DNA of 64,000 nucleotides. Source: Cetorhinus maximus (lineage: Eukaryota). Positions 35,822 through 50,300 of this stretch are shown here, one piece after another; positions within the stretch are counted from its first letter, which is position 1, and the number at the start of each line of letters is the position of its first letter. Below the pieces are notes generated by a model, which did not search any database, was not told the DNA's origin, and saw nothing but the letters and a program-made list of their open reading frames with translations. Where the stretch lies: positions 45,074,001 to 45,138,000 of the forward strand of contig NC_135889.1 of assembly GCF_964194155.1 (NCBI RefSeq), read 5' to 3'. The translations under genes and the position numbers were made by a program.

Positions 35822-36799
35822 GTGAGTAACTGACCACTTGTGCTCCTACTGTTTGCTGTTTTATATGTCCTATTGAGCTTTCTGCAAAAGATCATGTCAT
35901 AAAACTTATTGCATTCATCAAAGAATCAAATACTGACAGACCTGCAAGGTTGATTAGAAAACTGTTACGGATTTTTAATTAGAAATTCTTATTTCACGAT
36001 CACAACTACTTTCATTGTGTTTCACGGATTGAAAATAAAAAAGTGCACTGGAGGACAGCTTTTGGTAACTTGGAATGCACTTAATTTGCTTTGAGCCTTG
36101 TCCAAAATGTCAGGTTGCTTTCTACAATCAAATACTGGAAAAAGTGAGAGGGGCTTACAATTTTAATAAAATATTTTGATAATCTACAACTAAGGTCACA
36201 AAAAAGATATAATTCACTGCAATTTTATGTTTGAACTTATTTTTCTGTTACTATTATACTTGGGAAGCAGAGATCACCTTTTAAAAAGAATAATGAACAG
36301 GTGGGGAATATCTAGATAGTTCAAAGGAATCCAATATCTCCAGCCGAATGTGATTGTTATAGGGGGTCCCACAGATATTATGCAGTTAGAGATAAATAAC
36401 TTGCAGCCATTTTATTTTTGCAGTTGTTTTGGATGAAATTTAAGTATCCCCTCGGAATAATTCATTAATGTGGCCATGGGCAAGAATAAAATGTATTTAT
36501 TATTTTGCAATAATGCTTGCTGGAGGCATTACATTCCATCAAGTATTGGTTTTAAATTCTCGCGCTAAAGTTGGGAAATACTTGTCTCTCTCTCTTTTTT
36601 TCTTCCTACTTGGCTAGGATAATTGAGCTGAAATTACAGCTAGAGGTAGAAGGTGGCATTGGGCGGAAATGAAAGGACATTTTGATGGTAAAGAAAAAAA
36701 TGGTGTTGATTTAAAAGTTAATGTTACCTGGCAGAAACTGCATATTAATGTCTATCCTTGATCGAGAAAAGAGGGCACAATTTACATCAAGGAGCGTGT

Positions 36800-39020
36800 A
36801 TGATAGGATAAGGCAAAAAACAGGAAGCTAATGTCCGATATCAAGAGCTCCTTACTGCTGAAAGCCTAGAGGAGTACAGAAAGCACAGGGGTGAAATTAA
36901 TAAGGAAAATTTAAGGAAAACCCAAATATGTTTTATAAGTACAAAGAGAAGAGGAGGATAAATACGTGCCTGTCTTCACAAAAGAGGGGGACAATGCAGA
37001 TATTATAGTTGAGAAGTGTGAAGTGGGATAAGCATAGTGAAAGAGGAAATATTTAAGGGGTTTAGCATCTTTGAAAGTGGATAACTTGCAAGGCCTGGAT
37101 GAAATGGAACCGTGGCTGTTAAGAGAATCTGGGGAAGTAATAGCAGAGGCTCTGACCACCATTTTCCAATCTTCTCTGGTTATAGGCAAGGTGTCAGAGA
37201 GGTGCTAATGATGTACAGTTTTAAAAAAGGAGAAAGGGTAGACTTAATTATAGGACATTCAGCCTAAACACTGGTGGGCAAATATTGGAAAAAATTCTGA
37301 GACACTATTAATCAACAATTTAGACAAATTGGTCAAGGAGAGTCTACACAGTTTTAAGGGAAGTTTGCATCTGATTGACTTGATTTAATGTTTTTGAGGA
37401 GATAAGGAGGCTTGATGACAGTAGCACGTTTGATGCAGTATGCATGGATTTTAGGAAGGTTTTTGATTAGGTCCCACATGGCAGACTGGTCAGAAAGGTG
37501 AAACCTGATTGTATTCAAGGGAAAGAGGCAATTTGGATACAAAATTGGCTCATTGACCATTATCCTTTTCTTCCTGCCAATAGATGTTTTTGTACTGGAA
37601 GGCTGTTTCCAGTGGGGTTCCGCCAGGCTCAGTTCGAGGTCCTCTGCTTTTCATGTTACATATCAATAATTTAGACTTAAATGGAGGGGCGATAATTTAG
37701 AAGTTTGCAGATTTTACGAAAATTGGTTGTGTGGTTAATATTGAGGAAGAAGGCTGTAGCCTGCTGGCAATTACCAATGGACTGGTCAAATGGGCAAGAC
37801 AAGTGGCAAATGGAATTCAACCCAGAAAAGTGAGTTAATGCATTCAGACGGGCAAACAAGGCAAGGGAATACACAAATGGTAAGATTTTGAGAAATGTAG
37901 AGGAACAGAGTGCATGTCCACAGATTCCTGAAGGTAGCAGAATAGGTAGATAAAGTGGTAAAAATGGTATATGGGATACTTTTCTTTATTAGTTGAGGCG
38001 TAGTATATAAGAGCAGGGAGGTTTTGCTCAAACTGTTAAAAGAAAACCATTTAGGCCACAGCTAGATTACTACATACAGTTCCGGCCACTGCATTACAGG
38101 AAGGATGTGATCGCACAAGAGCGGGTACAAACAAGATTTATGGGATTTGCATTCTACCCTGTGTAAACTTGAGGTCATCCAGATCTCTGCTGTCCCTCGC
38201 AGCAAGTCTGCTTCCCCTATAAACCGTGTTTGTCAACCTACATTGGCCCCTGATCAAGCAATGTCATAATTTTAAAATTCTCATCCTCCTTTTCAGATCC
38301 CTCCCAATCTCTTTAATCTCCTCCAACGTATAACCCTCCCAAGATATTTGCACTCCTCTAATTCTGGCCTGTTGTGCATTCCCAATTATAATTGTTTCAC
38401 CATTGGTGCCCAAGGAATTCACCTCTCCATCTCTCTACCTTCCTTTCCTCCTTTAAGACACTTCTTAAAACCTATTACTTTGACCAAGATTTTTATCATC
38501 TGACCAAATATACCCTTATGTGGCTGGGTGTCATACTTTGTCTTATACTGCTCCTGTGAAGCGCCTTGGGATGTTTCATTGTGTTAGAAGTGCCATACAA
38601 ATATTTGTTATATTGTCAGGACTGGAGCAATTTAGCTATGAGTGAAGATTGGATATACTGAGGTTATTTTCCTTGGACCGGAGGAGGCTGAGGAGAGATT
38701 TAGGTGTACAAAATTGAGGGATCTTGATAGAGTAGATAGAAAGGACCCGTTTCCCATAATAGAGCAGTCAGTAACCAGGGGGCATAGATTCAAAGTAATT
38801 GGCAGAAGGATTAGAAAAGAATTGAAGAGAAACCTTTTCACCCAAAGGATGATGGAAGTCTGGAACTTACTGCTTTAAAGGGTAACAGAGGTAGAAGCTG
38901 TAACTGCATCTAAAAATAACCTGGATGTGCACTTAACATGCTGTAATCTAAAAAAAGTGGGATTCGGCTGGTAACTCTTTTTCAGCCAGTATGCAGATGA
39001 TGGGCTGAATAGCCCCCTTA
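36800..39020 (+). mobile_element. CR1 LINE remnant interrupted by an L2 3' fragment (~38150-38615)
   Basis: IAEALTTIFQSSL, agtggggttccg (SGVP), aagtttgcagat (KFAD), TRGHRFKV...FTQRMMEVWNLL. Confidence 0.82.
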
Positions 39021-39211
39021 AGCCAGGTGTAGCATGGTTAGATGCAGAGTAAAGCTGCTTCTACTCTGCATGAGCCTCATCTCCAGAATACCACCACCTT
39101 CACTGATGTGACACATTTTCATTCCCTACATCACAACAATTTTGAGGCCTCCAAGACTGCTAATTTGCAAATTGCATTGAGGTTGTATAAGCATCGAAAG
39201 ATATGTTCAAG

Positions 39212-39325
39212 AGTTCTGATGAAAGGTCAATGACCTGAAACTTTAATTTTGTTTCTCTCTCCACAGATGCTGAGTGCCTCCAGCATATTCTGGTTTCCAG
39301 TATCCACAGTATTTTGCTTTTGTTT
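39212..39325 (+). mobile_element. short Penelope-type terminal fragment with hammerhead-like core
   Basis: AGTT CTGATGA A AGGTC AAT GACCT GAAA C then ...tctctccacagatgctg...ttccagtatccacagtattttgctttt. Confidence 0.7.
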
Positions 39326-39611
39326 CAATCAGGACTCTATCTGTCTGACCTGTACATTTACTACTTCTACTTAACTTTGCTTTCAAAGATTCTTTTAACA
39401 TCTAATCCTTCAAAAAGTGTTAGGAAAAAATCCAACTACTGTGGGAAGCCTTATTCTTTCTTGGTTTCTTAATTTGGGCAAGATTAGATTTTCCTGGGAG
39501 AATTGCTTAAATTGCAGTGATTCAAGTCCATTATTTTTGGTATTCATTTCTGGCTGGAGTATGATCATTTTATAATGTTACTTGTAATTTAACCGATCCA
39601 CTTATCTGCAG

Positions 39612-39763
39612 GGAATGTATGTGTTCTTGCATGCAGTCAAAGGGACACCCTTCGAAACACCTGATCAAGGGAAAGCAAGACTTCTGACACACTGGGAACA
39701 ACTGGATTATGGAGTACAATTTACATCTTCCAGAAAATTCCTTACTATCTCACCAATTATTCT
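39612..39763 (+). CDS. ORMDL1: ORMDL1 coding exon 2 ([50 protein letters not shown])
   Basis: Translated by hand; acceptor ctgcag|GGA, donor CT|gtaag; 152 nt. Confidence 0.97.
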
Positions 39764-40259
39764 GTAAGAACCAACTTTGCTTAAGTAAATGCAAATAAGC
39801 GCACTCATAACTCATTCACTATTCTTTGCTATTGTGGTGACTTGTGATAGCTTTATACCATTGCATGGCTGCACTGATGATAAGGTTCTGAAATTGAGCA
39901 CTGCATCGGAGATAATACCACAAGGTGTCCTCAGTATCAAATGGGTTGTGTTTTTAAATGTCATACTAAAATAAGACAAAATATAATGCAACTTTACATC
40001 AAAATAGAATTAAATTAAAAATGAATTCAAACATTACTAACCTTTCTACTTTCCTCTTGTGTGATTGCATCAAGCTGGAAAGAGAAGTTAAATTATTTTA
40101 ATTAGCTGTTATAAAGTGAACCAATCAGAACTGCACTTGCCAAATTTGAAGTTTGTAATGAAACAGCAAAGCAAATATGATAGAACAACATTGATATCAA
40201 AGCTGTGTTATTGGTTGCTGCATGTTTAGGTGCTTTTATGAACCAGTAAGATACAAGAG

Positions 40260-40345
40260 AGCCAGTTAGCTCAGTTGGCTATATGGCTAGGGTGTGAATC
40301 AAATTAACACCAACACTATGGGGCTTCAATCCCCGTTCTGGCTGA
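40260..40345 (+). mobile_element. degenerate tRNA-like head, probably of a SINE
   Basis: gccagttagctcagttgg...ggcttcaatccccgttctggc has A and B boxes and acceptor-stem-like ends but no proper anticodon arm. Confidence 0.5.
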
Positions 40346-40619
40346 GGTAGACTTGGGGCCTCCCTCCTTGTCCTGCCCACAATTAAAAATCACAGCACTT
40401 TGTCATGGTTCGACAAAGAGTCACCAAAGACCTCCTTTTGGGCAGAGAACTCAAGAAGCAGGTATCTATAATAACATTAAACCTGTAAACAGGCCACCAG
40501 AGTGAGTGAGCAAGCCAGATGTCTCACTGCTGACAATGTATTATAGAAAAAATCTGATGGAAAAGTGGGGGAAATATATTTTGGTATCCAAATTAAAGTT
40601 TTCGCACATATATACAAGT

Positions 40620-41160
40620 AATTGCTTTTAAATGGTACCTGTAGTGTCCCAAAAAACCCCAAGATGCTTCGTATATAGACCTAAAGAAAATGTAGTGACA
40701 AGTCTGGGAAGATTAGATTAGGAGAAATAACCAAATAATTGGCTGAAGAAATGGAGTTTTGCAAGTTTTTTTCAAATGAGGTGCAGGTGTTTCTTAGGAT
40801 GGGGTGGGATTCCTTCAAGTAGGACCCATACAGTTCAAGGCTTTGCACCAATCTGATCATGGGAAGGGATGATGTTCAAAAAGCCAGAGTCAACGGAGCC
40901 AGATGTTTAGGTGAAATATAGGGCTGGGGAAGGTTACAGAGATAGTGCCCAGACTATCATGGAAAGATTAAGGACTAGGATGAGGGTTTTAAATGAGTTA
41001 TTGGAGGACATGGGGAGCCAATTTAGGTCAAGAACAAGTGGGATGAGCCACGAGAACTCAGTGCAGACTTGATATGAGCACAAAGGTTTATGGAGGGGTG
41101 GAGGATGGATGGCCAACAAAAAATGTTAAAATGGTCAAATCTGCAGGCGATGAAGGCATA
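40620..41160 (-). mobile_element. L2-like LINE 3' fragment
   Basis: Minus ORF IPLVLDLNWLP...FKTLILV matches the L2 ORF2 C-terminus; similar to 48660-49050. Confidence 0.65.
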
Positions 41161-41886
41161 TATAACTCAGTAGTGGCAGAGGCAGACTGTGTTGTAGAGA
41201 TGGAAGAATGTTAAATTGATTTGCAGGAATGATTGGTTCTGAAACTTGCTTCCAGTTTGAACAGTTTCCCAAAGTTGAACCAGCAAAGCAAATATGACAA
41301 TGCTGATGTTAGCAATTTGGATTGAGTTCAGCTTAATCAGAACATTAAACTTTGAAAAAAAGAGTTTAGTAAAATACAAAATTTATGATGGTAGAAGTTG
41401 CTGCATTGGAATATTATACAATGCAGGCTCACATCTATAAGAATGAATTCTCTCTTGGTTTGGATGGAGTTAAGGAAGATCAAGCACTTTCTCACAAGAG
41501 GAGAATCGAAGTAAAAGGATTATTCCAGCACATTGTGGCCAGCTCAATGATGGGCAGAGAACTGGGAGCAGGTCACCTGTCCTCCTTAACTCTAAATAGC
41601 TGGTGTGTATATTTAAAGATATATAGAATATTTTAAACCTGAATTCTTGTTTTTGTAGCCTGTTGCAGAAATAATAATGATGAACAATGGAAATATATCA
41701 TGAGAAAAAGTGAATTTAACAAATGCTTGCAAACTTTTTAAAAATGTCTCATGGAGATGCAGAATCCCATGAATAAAAATTATATTGGTATTGGTAGCAA
41801 AGGATCTTTGTTTAACTACGTAGATTTGCAAGGAAATATTGTTGTTTTTCATCTGAGCTTGCTAAATATAATTTTATTTCTTGCAG

Positions 41887-42022
41887 GTATTTCCTGGCCA
41901 GTTTTTATACCAAGTATGACCCAACACATTTTATTGTCAATACAGCATCTCTCTTAACAGTGTTGATTCCTAAGCTGCCTCAGCTGCATGGAGTTCGGAT
42001 CCTTGGAATAAATAAGTACTAA
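41887..42022 (+). CDS. ORMDL1: ORMDL1 coding exon 3 ([44 protein letters not shown])
   Basis: Acceptor ttgcag|G; TAA at 42020-42022; exons total 462 nt = 153 aa plus stop, the usual ORMDL length. Confidence 0.97.
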
Positions 42023-45000
42023 TTTGGAACTCATCACCCATATTCTAACTAGCTTGTTATATTTACTGGGAAGACTTAAAGCTGGTAATCTGCTGTACTG
42101 TTAACTGTAACTAGAGTGTACTGAGCAGTCTATGTGTGTCTTGATGCCATTTTCATTGTTTGTATCCATTTCAAAAACGGATTTGTATTTTTGTTTTGTA
42201 AAAGGAGAAAAAAACAAATGAAATCTGGTAATTGGAGCAGATATAAATACTTAAATTGTAAAAAGCTTCCCACAAGAAACTGGGCAGGCCCAGCTCTGAA
42301 ATTGGAAGGAGCTTTATTGTACTGAACAAATTGTGCACAGCTTTATGAAGATGGCACAAGTGTTTTAGAGGAAGGAGTTGCACAGAAGTACAGCAACTCG
42401 GGACACTCGAGGAGTGAAAAGCTTGTTTATTTACCATGAGGTACAGAGGAATGAGTCACTACCATTATCAAGAGATGGTAGGTAGCTTGAGTTCTATTTT
42501 TGTCATAAGTTTTGATTAAAAGCATACTGTTGCTTCTGTTTTTTCATTACAGAATAAGAAAATGATGGTACAGGAGCAGATTTGGTGGAGAATCATAAAC
42601 TAAATGTTAAATATTTTGAGCTATTGTAATCCATTTTTATGGGTTATACTAGTAAGGTTTCTGTTTAATGGCTTCACTTTTATCAACTATCTAAATGAAA
42701 TACTTCATTGCTTGGAATATACAGTAGGATACATGCTTCTGTTCCATGTAATGTCACCTGACTAAGTGCAGTCAATGTATAAAAGTGATATTACAGTGCA
42801 CAGTGCTTCTTATGTATGTTTCGTGTTCGAAGGAATTACTATGAAATTGTATTTCAGAAAAAAAAACTGGTGGTTTGTAGGGAGTTTTTGCTGATGACAT
42901 TTCAGAGTTTGGTTGATACCAATTGTTTCTCCCTTTCTGTACCACTGATCTATTTGAATTAGTTTCAATGGTGAAGTAAATATGTCAGTGTTCATGCATT
43001 TACAACTCATGCTAATTTCTCAATGTGTTGCTTGCTTTCAGGAAGATGTGTTGAGCAGGAGCTAACTAGCTTCATATTTTTTTAAAAAAAGAGGTTGGAC
43101 CTGTCACTCCAGCTGCCCTTGCACAAATCTTGGCATCTGGCTTAATAGTGGCACTTGTAGAGTATTGAGAGTTGGTTGTCTACCTTCTCGGCCATGATTT
43201 TTTTTTTCTCGCAACTCCGTAACTCTTGGAATTGCTGTAAGGAATTGTATAAGCAACGCATTCTTGACGCATCAACTTGTGCTTGCTGACGCATCAAAAT
43301 CTTGCAGTCTGCCATTGCAGGTTATCAGCAGCACAATTAATTGAGATTGGTTTAATATTCTGTATTAGGGTAAGTGTTTACCAAAAAATTGCAAGCATTA
43401 CCCCAGACCACACATTTGATTGGTTTATTCGAACCTTTGATTTGTGAAACAGGTGTGAGTAGAGCTTACTATTGGTAAAAATAAAAATCAATTTTAAAAA
43501 GCTTGAGACAATTGAGCTTTCTACTAGTATTTCCAAAAATGCAAAACATCTGTATGTTTCTTCTATGCAATTAAAACAACTTGGGGGAAAAGTTAATTCT
43601 TTATAAACAATAAAACAGTTTTGACCTTACAGTATTGTGGCTGATATTTTGTTAAAACTGTGCTGATTGACTTCTTTATGCTGTATTTTGAATGCTTACT
43701 GACTCCATTTAAAATTGAAAAAGCAACATGAACTGGCATAATGTTAAATGCTAAAATAATGGAGAGATAAATGTATATTTTGCTGTAATCCATTGTTTTA
43801 TTGCATAAATTTATTTTTGTATTTGGTGTTGCTTTTTTCCCTTAATTTATTCAGGTGCTGTTTCTATTCCAACCACCTTTGGCATTCCTAACTATCTTAT
43901 AAACTTTGTCACATGCAGAAAAGTATTGTTCATGTTAAATTCAGATGGTGATAGTGAGCAGTTGGCTATACAGTATAATTGTGATAACTTTGAAAATAGC
44001 AGAAAGGCAATTATTAAAAGATTATTCAAGAGCCCATCCCTGTACATATGGTGTGTCTTAATCTGCTAAACTCTTACTTTAGAGTCATATGGCTTTGTAT
44101 TCAACTTTTATCACAGCATATTCAAATAGACTTAATTGTACTATATACTCTAGCTGAGTAACACTTATTATACACTAGACAAATACAGGAATTATTTCCA
44201 TAAAAAGTAAATATGGGTTAGTTTCTATTTTCATGGGCAGCTTCTTTGAGTTTTCTCCAAGGTGGAAATTTTATAATCTATTGGTCTTAAGTTAGACACC
44301 AAGAAAAAACAAAGACATTTTAATGCAATTGGATCCTGGACTGTGCACAGTAATATCTGAATTTATTCCAAATTGTTGCAGAAAATATTTTTCCGGTTTC
44401 TAAACTGCATTCAAGTTACCCACCTTTCTTACTGCATGGTGCAAATCTAAATTTTGTTTGTCCTTAATTGCAAATCTGTAGTGCATTTCCAAAATTAAAC
44501 AACTTTAGCTGTGGTTCAGTTTTCAATTAAGGACTGCATTAATAATATTTCCACTGGTAATACAAATCGGAGACTGAATCAATGATATTGAGGATAAATG
44601 TAGAATAAATTCAGAAGACTGCACAGTGGCATAATTTACAGTCAAAATAGCTGTAATTAGTTCCAGGAATTGGGGAATATTTGTTGACCATTTCAGTGGA
44701 ACAACTACAGATACAAGCTTTTGATCACCTGACCTATTTCTCCTTATGCAGCCTGGTATCATAACTCTCTTTTATGATGCTCCTATGAAGCACCTTGGCG
44801 CAGTTCATTACATTAAAAACGCTATGTAATGTTATTGTTGAAGAACACTTTGATTTCAAAAAGTGTCCAGAATGAAAAGAGAACTTGATTTTTTTAAAAA
44901 TCATTTTTCTCTATCATAAGTCAACCAATGTTTCTTCAAATAAGTGATCAAACTGCAACTCTGGAACTAGTCTAAATACATCACCTTGGATTGTTATAAA

Positions 45001-45369
45001 AACTGGAAAATGCTAGAAATCCTCAGTCTGGTGACAGCTGTAGACTGGAAAATGCTGAATTGAAAGATGAGGTGCTGTTCCTTGAGCCTACATTGAGCTT
45101 CATTGGAACCATGTGGGCATTTGAGGTCAGGGTGGTAATGGGATAGAAAACTACAATGATGAGACACTGGAGGCTCTGGACTTCTTTCAATTTAGTATAC
45201 TATATTTGCTGCTCATGATGCAGCCTCCTGTACATTGGGGAGGCCAATGTGGACCACTTTGTAGAACACCTTCATTCACCCGAATGTGACTGTGGATTTC
45301 TGATTGCCAGTCATTTTAATTCTCCACCTACCCCATTCTTGACAAAGCGGGGTAAATCAGTCTAGTTCC

Positions 45370-46990
45370 AAGATCATGAATGAAGTTGCTTCACAATCTC
45401 ACACGAGCATAGGTGGTAGCACACTGGAGGGCCGCAAACTAGTTCCACTGCAAAGGAATCAGATGAAAACTGTGACAGGCCAGGCTACAGCAAAAGACTG
45501 AAAGATGCACACAACTAAATCCTTGGTGCACTAAAGAGTTTGCACAAGATGTCAAGGTGTATAGAGGAACCTGCATCAATTTGGTCAAGGGCTTTGCCAT
45601 CATTTCCATCAGTAGCATCTGATGTCACATCTTCCATCAAAGGTCTGAGTGCTCTAATGGAAGCTCAGATTATTACCATCGTGGCTTTGGATACCACTAT
45701 TCAAAGGGGCTTCCATGACATTACAGCACTCAAGCAATTTGTTTTCCAATAGATGAGTAGGAGTGCGGAGGCAGTGCCCCGGGTGAGTGGATGTGGCTTC
45801 ATAAAATACAAACATGCTTACCTCTCAGAATGACAGCATCCTGCTTCCACCCCTACCACCCCACCAGTGCCCCTGCTGTTGTCTGTCAGCCAGCCCAGAA
45901 TGAGATGGTGTTCTGAAGCCAGGCTCTCTAGGCCCAGGGCTGTCCAAGGCCATCCTTCAAGGCAATCTCCTCAATTGAAGGCCAACAACCTTCCACCAGC
46001 TATGCTGTGGCCTATGAGGAAGCACCTTGTAAGAGTATTAGGATAGGCAAAGGTACACAGAAGACAGGCACGAAGAGAATACACAAGGGTGATTATTTTG
46101 GTATGCATTATGTAATGATTAGATTGGAATATGCATTTTCTAGTGATTTTTGCTTTGTGCTAATGGAAATGATGACACAATGGTTAGTGATTGAGGAAAG
46201 GAGTGTTAAACTGTTGGTGAATGGAGAGGTATGGCTGAAGTTACTGGTAACACTCATTATTAATTTGATTGTCTAGAACCCGAATAGAAAGTTGCAGAAT
46301 GTTGGAGCCTCCCTTCCTCTTTCTCTACTTCCTGTTGTACTCCCTCCTCCTCAGCTTCTCTCTGATATGAGGGAAAAACACTTGCCAGTAGCTAAGGAGG
46401 CGTGGTTATGCAGCATACAATTGCAAACCTAGATGTCTGTTTAGCTAAGTGTTGCAGAGTTCCTCCAGAGCAGTCTAGGCAGCAGAAATGTTGCTTCAGG
46501 ATGCTGATAGTGTGCTCTATAATGTTCATTGTAACAGGATGGCTGTCATCGTAGGTATGCTGTGCATGGGTACCAGTCAAAGCTATGTCAAAAGTAGATA
46601 CCCAAAGCAGTAAAGGTGTTAAATCCTTTTTGTAATAAAAATGGCCAAGTTCACAAAGCGTTTGTAAGGCAATGTACGTGCAGTCAATAGCACCTTGCAC
46701 CATGAGGAAGCCTCAAATCTGTGCCAACCTTTGTGCTCGCTCTGCTTCTTGTCTCTAGCAAAGACTGAATAAGATTAAACTGTTTGTGCATAGTCTGTGA
46801 CACCCTCTATGGAGCAAGATGTTGTTTTGATCTCCCAACCTCAGCCTGGAAGGAGCCAGATGCACGAAAGTTATGTATCACTGTCACCTTGATAACCACA
46901 AGCAATACTGTCCTCACTCCACACTGAACGCAGATCTGGTTTGTGGCAGCAGCAGTTGGCAAATTTCAGTCACAACCTCAATGAAGAATT
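45370..46990 (-). mobile_element. PIF/Harbinger DNA transposon remnant
   Basis: Minus ORF VQGAIDCTYIA...IIEHTISILKQHFCCLDCSGGTLQH (HARBI1-like); probable convergent second ORF remnant at 45400-46090. Confidence 0.8.
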
Positions 46991-47429
46991 GGTCTATTGT
47001 TACCTAGTTTATTCTTCTCTCCTTTTTGAACAGAGTTATTAGATAGGCTGTACTCCAGGTCTCCAGCACATTTTACATTTCTAATGAGGACTGAGGTTTC
47101 TCCAAGCCTTTGCTATCTCCTCTTTGACTTCCATCAAGAGTTGCTGACCATTCAGCACTACAAATGCTAAACTTGCACACTATTTTACAGTGAGCTTTCC
47201 AGAATCTTCCATTTGAGCTTTTGGAGGTTGTTACTTCACTCCATGGAATTCCATTTTACCACAGCATTGTGACACAAGACAAGTGAAGATATGGTAGAAA
47301 TCTGTTGAATATGCCCAGACAAAATGCCTCCAAACCGAAAGTTATCAATGAAAATAAAAGGACCTTGACAAAGCCATACATTGTTGAGGGTTTGCATATT
47401 CAGTAATGTTTTGACAAGCCATAATTGGA

Positions 47430-48220
47430 TCAGATATGTCCATTTTGGCAGGAAGAATAAAAGAGAAGCATATTATCTAAATGGTGAGAGATTGCAGAGC
47501 TCTGAGGTGCAGAGAGATCTGGGTGTCCTATTGCATGAATAACAAAAGGCTAGTGTGCTAAGTACAGCAAGTAATTAGGAAAGCTAATAGAATGTTATCA
47601 TTTATGGTGAGAAGAATTGAATACAAGAGTAGGGAGGTTATGCTTCAGTTGTACAGGGTACTACTGAGACCACATTTGGAGTACTGTGTACGGTATTGGT
47701 CACCTTATTTGAGGGAGGATGTAAGTGCGTTGGAAGCAGTTGGGAAGGTTTACCAGACCAATATCTGGAATGGGTGCGTTGTCTTACAAGGAAAGGTTGG
47801 ACAGACTAGGCTTGTATCTGTTAGAGTTTAGAAGAGTAAGAGGCAACTTGATTGAAACATATACGATCCTGAGGGGTAGATGTGGAGAGGATGTAACCTC
47901 TTGTAGAAGAATCTAGAACTAGGGGTCACTTTTTAAAAATAAGGGGTCATCCATTTAAAACTGATGAGGCAAAATGTTTTCACTTAGAGGGTCGTGAGCC
48001 TTTGGAACTCTCTTCCTGAAAAGGTGGTGGAAGCAGAGTCTTTGAATATTTTTAAGACAGAGGTGGATAGATTCATGGTAAGCAAGGGGGTGATAAGGTA
48101 TCGGCAGTAGGTGGGATGCAGATTTCAGGTTACTATCACATCATCCTTGATCTTATTAAATGGCGGAGCAGGCTCAAGGGGCTGAATGGCCTACTCCTGC
48201 TCCTTGTTTGTATGTTCATA
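47430..48220 (+). mobile_element. CR1 LINE 3' part
   Basis: IEYKSREVMLQLYRVLLRPHLEYCVRYWSPYL, YKERLDRLGLYLLEFRRVRGNLIETY; tail cctactcctgctcct. Confidence 0.9.
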
Positions 48221-48659
48221 TGAAAGATCTCTGACCTGTAGTCTCCACTGGTCCCAATTTTGTAGCCAAAGGAATAGACAGTTTACATCTTAACATTAGT
48301 TATTTTAAAACTAAAGTTATTAAAACACTACCAATATTTAAAATTTGGAGCAGGACAGAGTTCTGCCTGTGGAATTTTTAGATGGGAGTGTCAATGTCCA
48401 CTTTTATCATAAATCACCTATATAAACTTGTGCTATAATTATCCCATCATGGCACACTGCAGCGCTTCAATTCATGTCTCCAAGCTCCACAGCCTGTACT
48501 CCACAGAAACTCCTGTGCTACAATCAACTACTTCTCCTTAAACTGCTGTAAGCTTTGTTGGGGTTTGTATAACAGTAAGGACATCATTTTGGTCTTTGGC
48601 TTCCATTCTTGTCAACTTTTGGCAACTTACCCTCTGGCTGTAGCACAAATTATATTTGA

Positions 48660-50300
48660 ATAGCGCTCTTAACTTAATACAACATCCCAAGGCACTTCAC
48701 AGAAGTATAATGAAACAAATATGACACCAAGCCACATAAGGAGATATTAGATCAGATAACCAAAAGCTTGGTCAAAGAGATAGGGTTTAAGAGTGTCTTA
48801 AAGAAGGTAGAGAGGCAGAGAGGTATAGGGAAGGAATTCAAGAGCTTAGGGCCCAGGGCAGCTCAACAGAGAACCATCAATGATGGAGCAATTTAAATTG
48901 GGGATTCTCAAGAGTCCAGAATTGGATGAGCACAGATAGGTGAGGGTTGTGAAGGAGATTAGAGAGATAGGGAAGGGAGAGGCTGTGGAGGGATTTTAAA
49001 AACAAGGATTAGGATGTTAAAATCAAGACATTGCTTGATCTGGAGCCAACTTAAGTCCATAAGACCATAAGACATAGGAGCAGAAGTAGGCCATTCAGCC
49101 CATCGAGTCTGCTCTGCCATTCAATGAGATCATGGCTGATCCAATAATCCTCAACTCCACTTTCCTGCCTTCTCCCCATAACCCTTGATTCCCTTACTGA
49201 TTAAAAATCTATCTCAGCCTTGAATATACTTAACAACCCAGCTTCTACAGCCCTCTGCAGTAAAGAATTCCACAGATTTACTACCCTCAGAGAAGAAATT
49301 CCTCCTCATCTCTGTTTTAAATGGGCAACCCCTTACTCTGAGATTATGCCCTCTGGTCCTAGGCTCTCCCACAAGGGGAAACAACCTCTCAGCATATACA
49401 CTGTCATGCCCCCTAAGAATCTTATATGTTTCAATAAGGTCACCTCTCATTCTTCTAAACTCCAATGAGTACAAGCCCAACCTACTCAACCTCTCCTCAT
49501 AAGAAAGTCAGCAAGGGCAGAGGTGATAGGTGAATGGTACTTGGTGAGAGTTAAGACACAAGCAGAGTTTTGGATAATAATGGAGGGTAGAACATGGGAG
49601 ACCAGCCAGCAGTCTGTGGGAATAGTCAAGTCTGGAAGTAAAGGCATGAATGGGGGTTTCAGCTGAAAATAAGCTGAGATGGGCAAGTCAGGCAAAGTTA
49701 CAGGGGTGAAAATAGGCAGTCTTAGTGATAGTATAGATGTGTGATCAGAAGCTCACCTTGGGGTCAAATATAACACCAAAATTGTGAACATATTGGTTTA
49801 GTCTAAGACAGTTGCTACGGAGAGGAATTGAGTTGGTAGCTAGGGAACAGAGTTAGGAGGAAGGACTATAAACAATGGTTTCATACTTCCCAATATTTAA
49901 TTGGAGGAAATTTCTGTTCATCCAATACTGGATGTCAGATGAACAGTCTGATAATTTAGCAACAATGGAGAAGGTGAGAGAGGTGGTGATGAGGTAGAGC
50001 TGGGTGTCATGTGAAAACTAATATGTTATCAAATGATATCACCGAGGGGAAGCGTGTAGATGAGAAATAGGAGGGGGCCAAGGAGAGATCCTTGGAGGAC
50101 AATAACGGTAAGGGTGCGGGGAGTGGAAAGAGCAGACATTGCAAGTGATACTCTGGCTACAATTAGGTAGATACGAATGGAACCAGGTGAGTGTGGTCCC
50201 ACCCAGCTGGATGACAGCGGAGAGGTGTTGGAAGAGGATGGTGTGGTCAACCATGTCAAAGGGTGCATACACTGTGAGAAGGATGAGGAGGGATAATTTA
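48660..50300 (-). mobile_element. L2-clade LINE remnant with a younger CR1 3' end inserted at ~49058-49504
   Basis: LLILLTVYAPFDMVDHTIL and QGSLLGPLLFLIYTLPLGDII (L2 RT); the CR1 insert (LGLYSLEFRRMRGDLIETYKIL) is flanked by aagtc on both sides. Confidence 0.85.

Noticed and set aside
40260-40345. Functional tRNA gene
   Set aside because: Anticodon arm is not formed and spacing is wrong; better explained as a SINE head.
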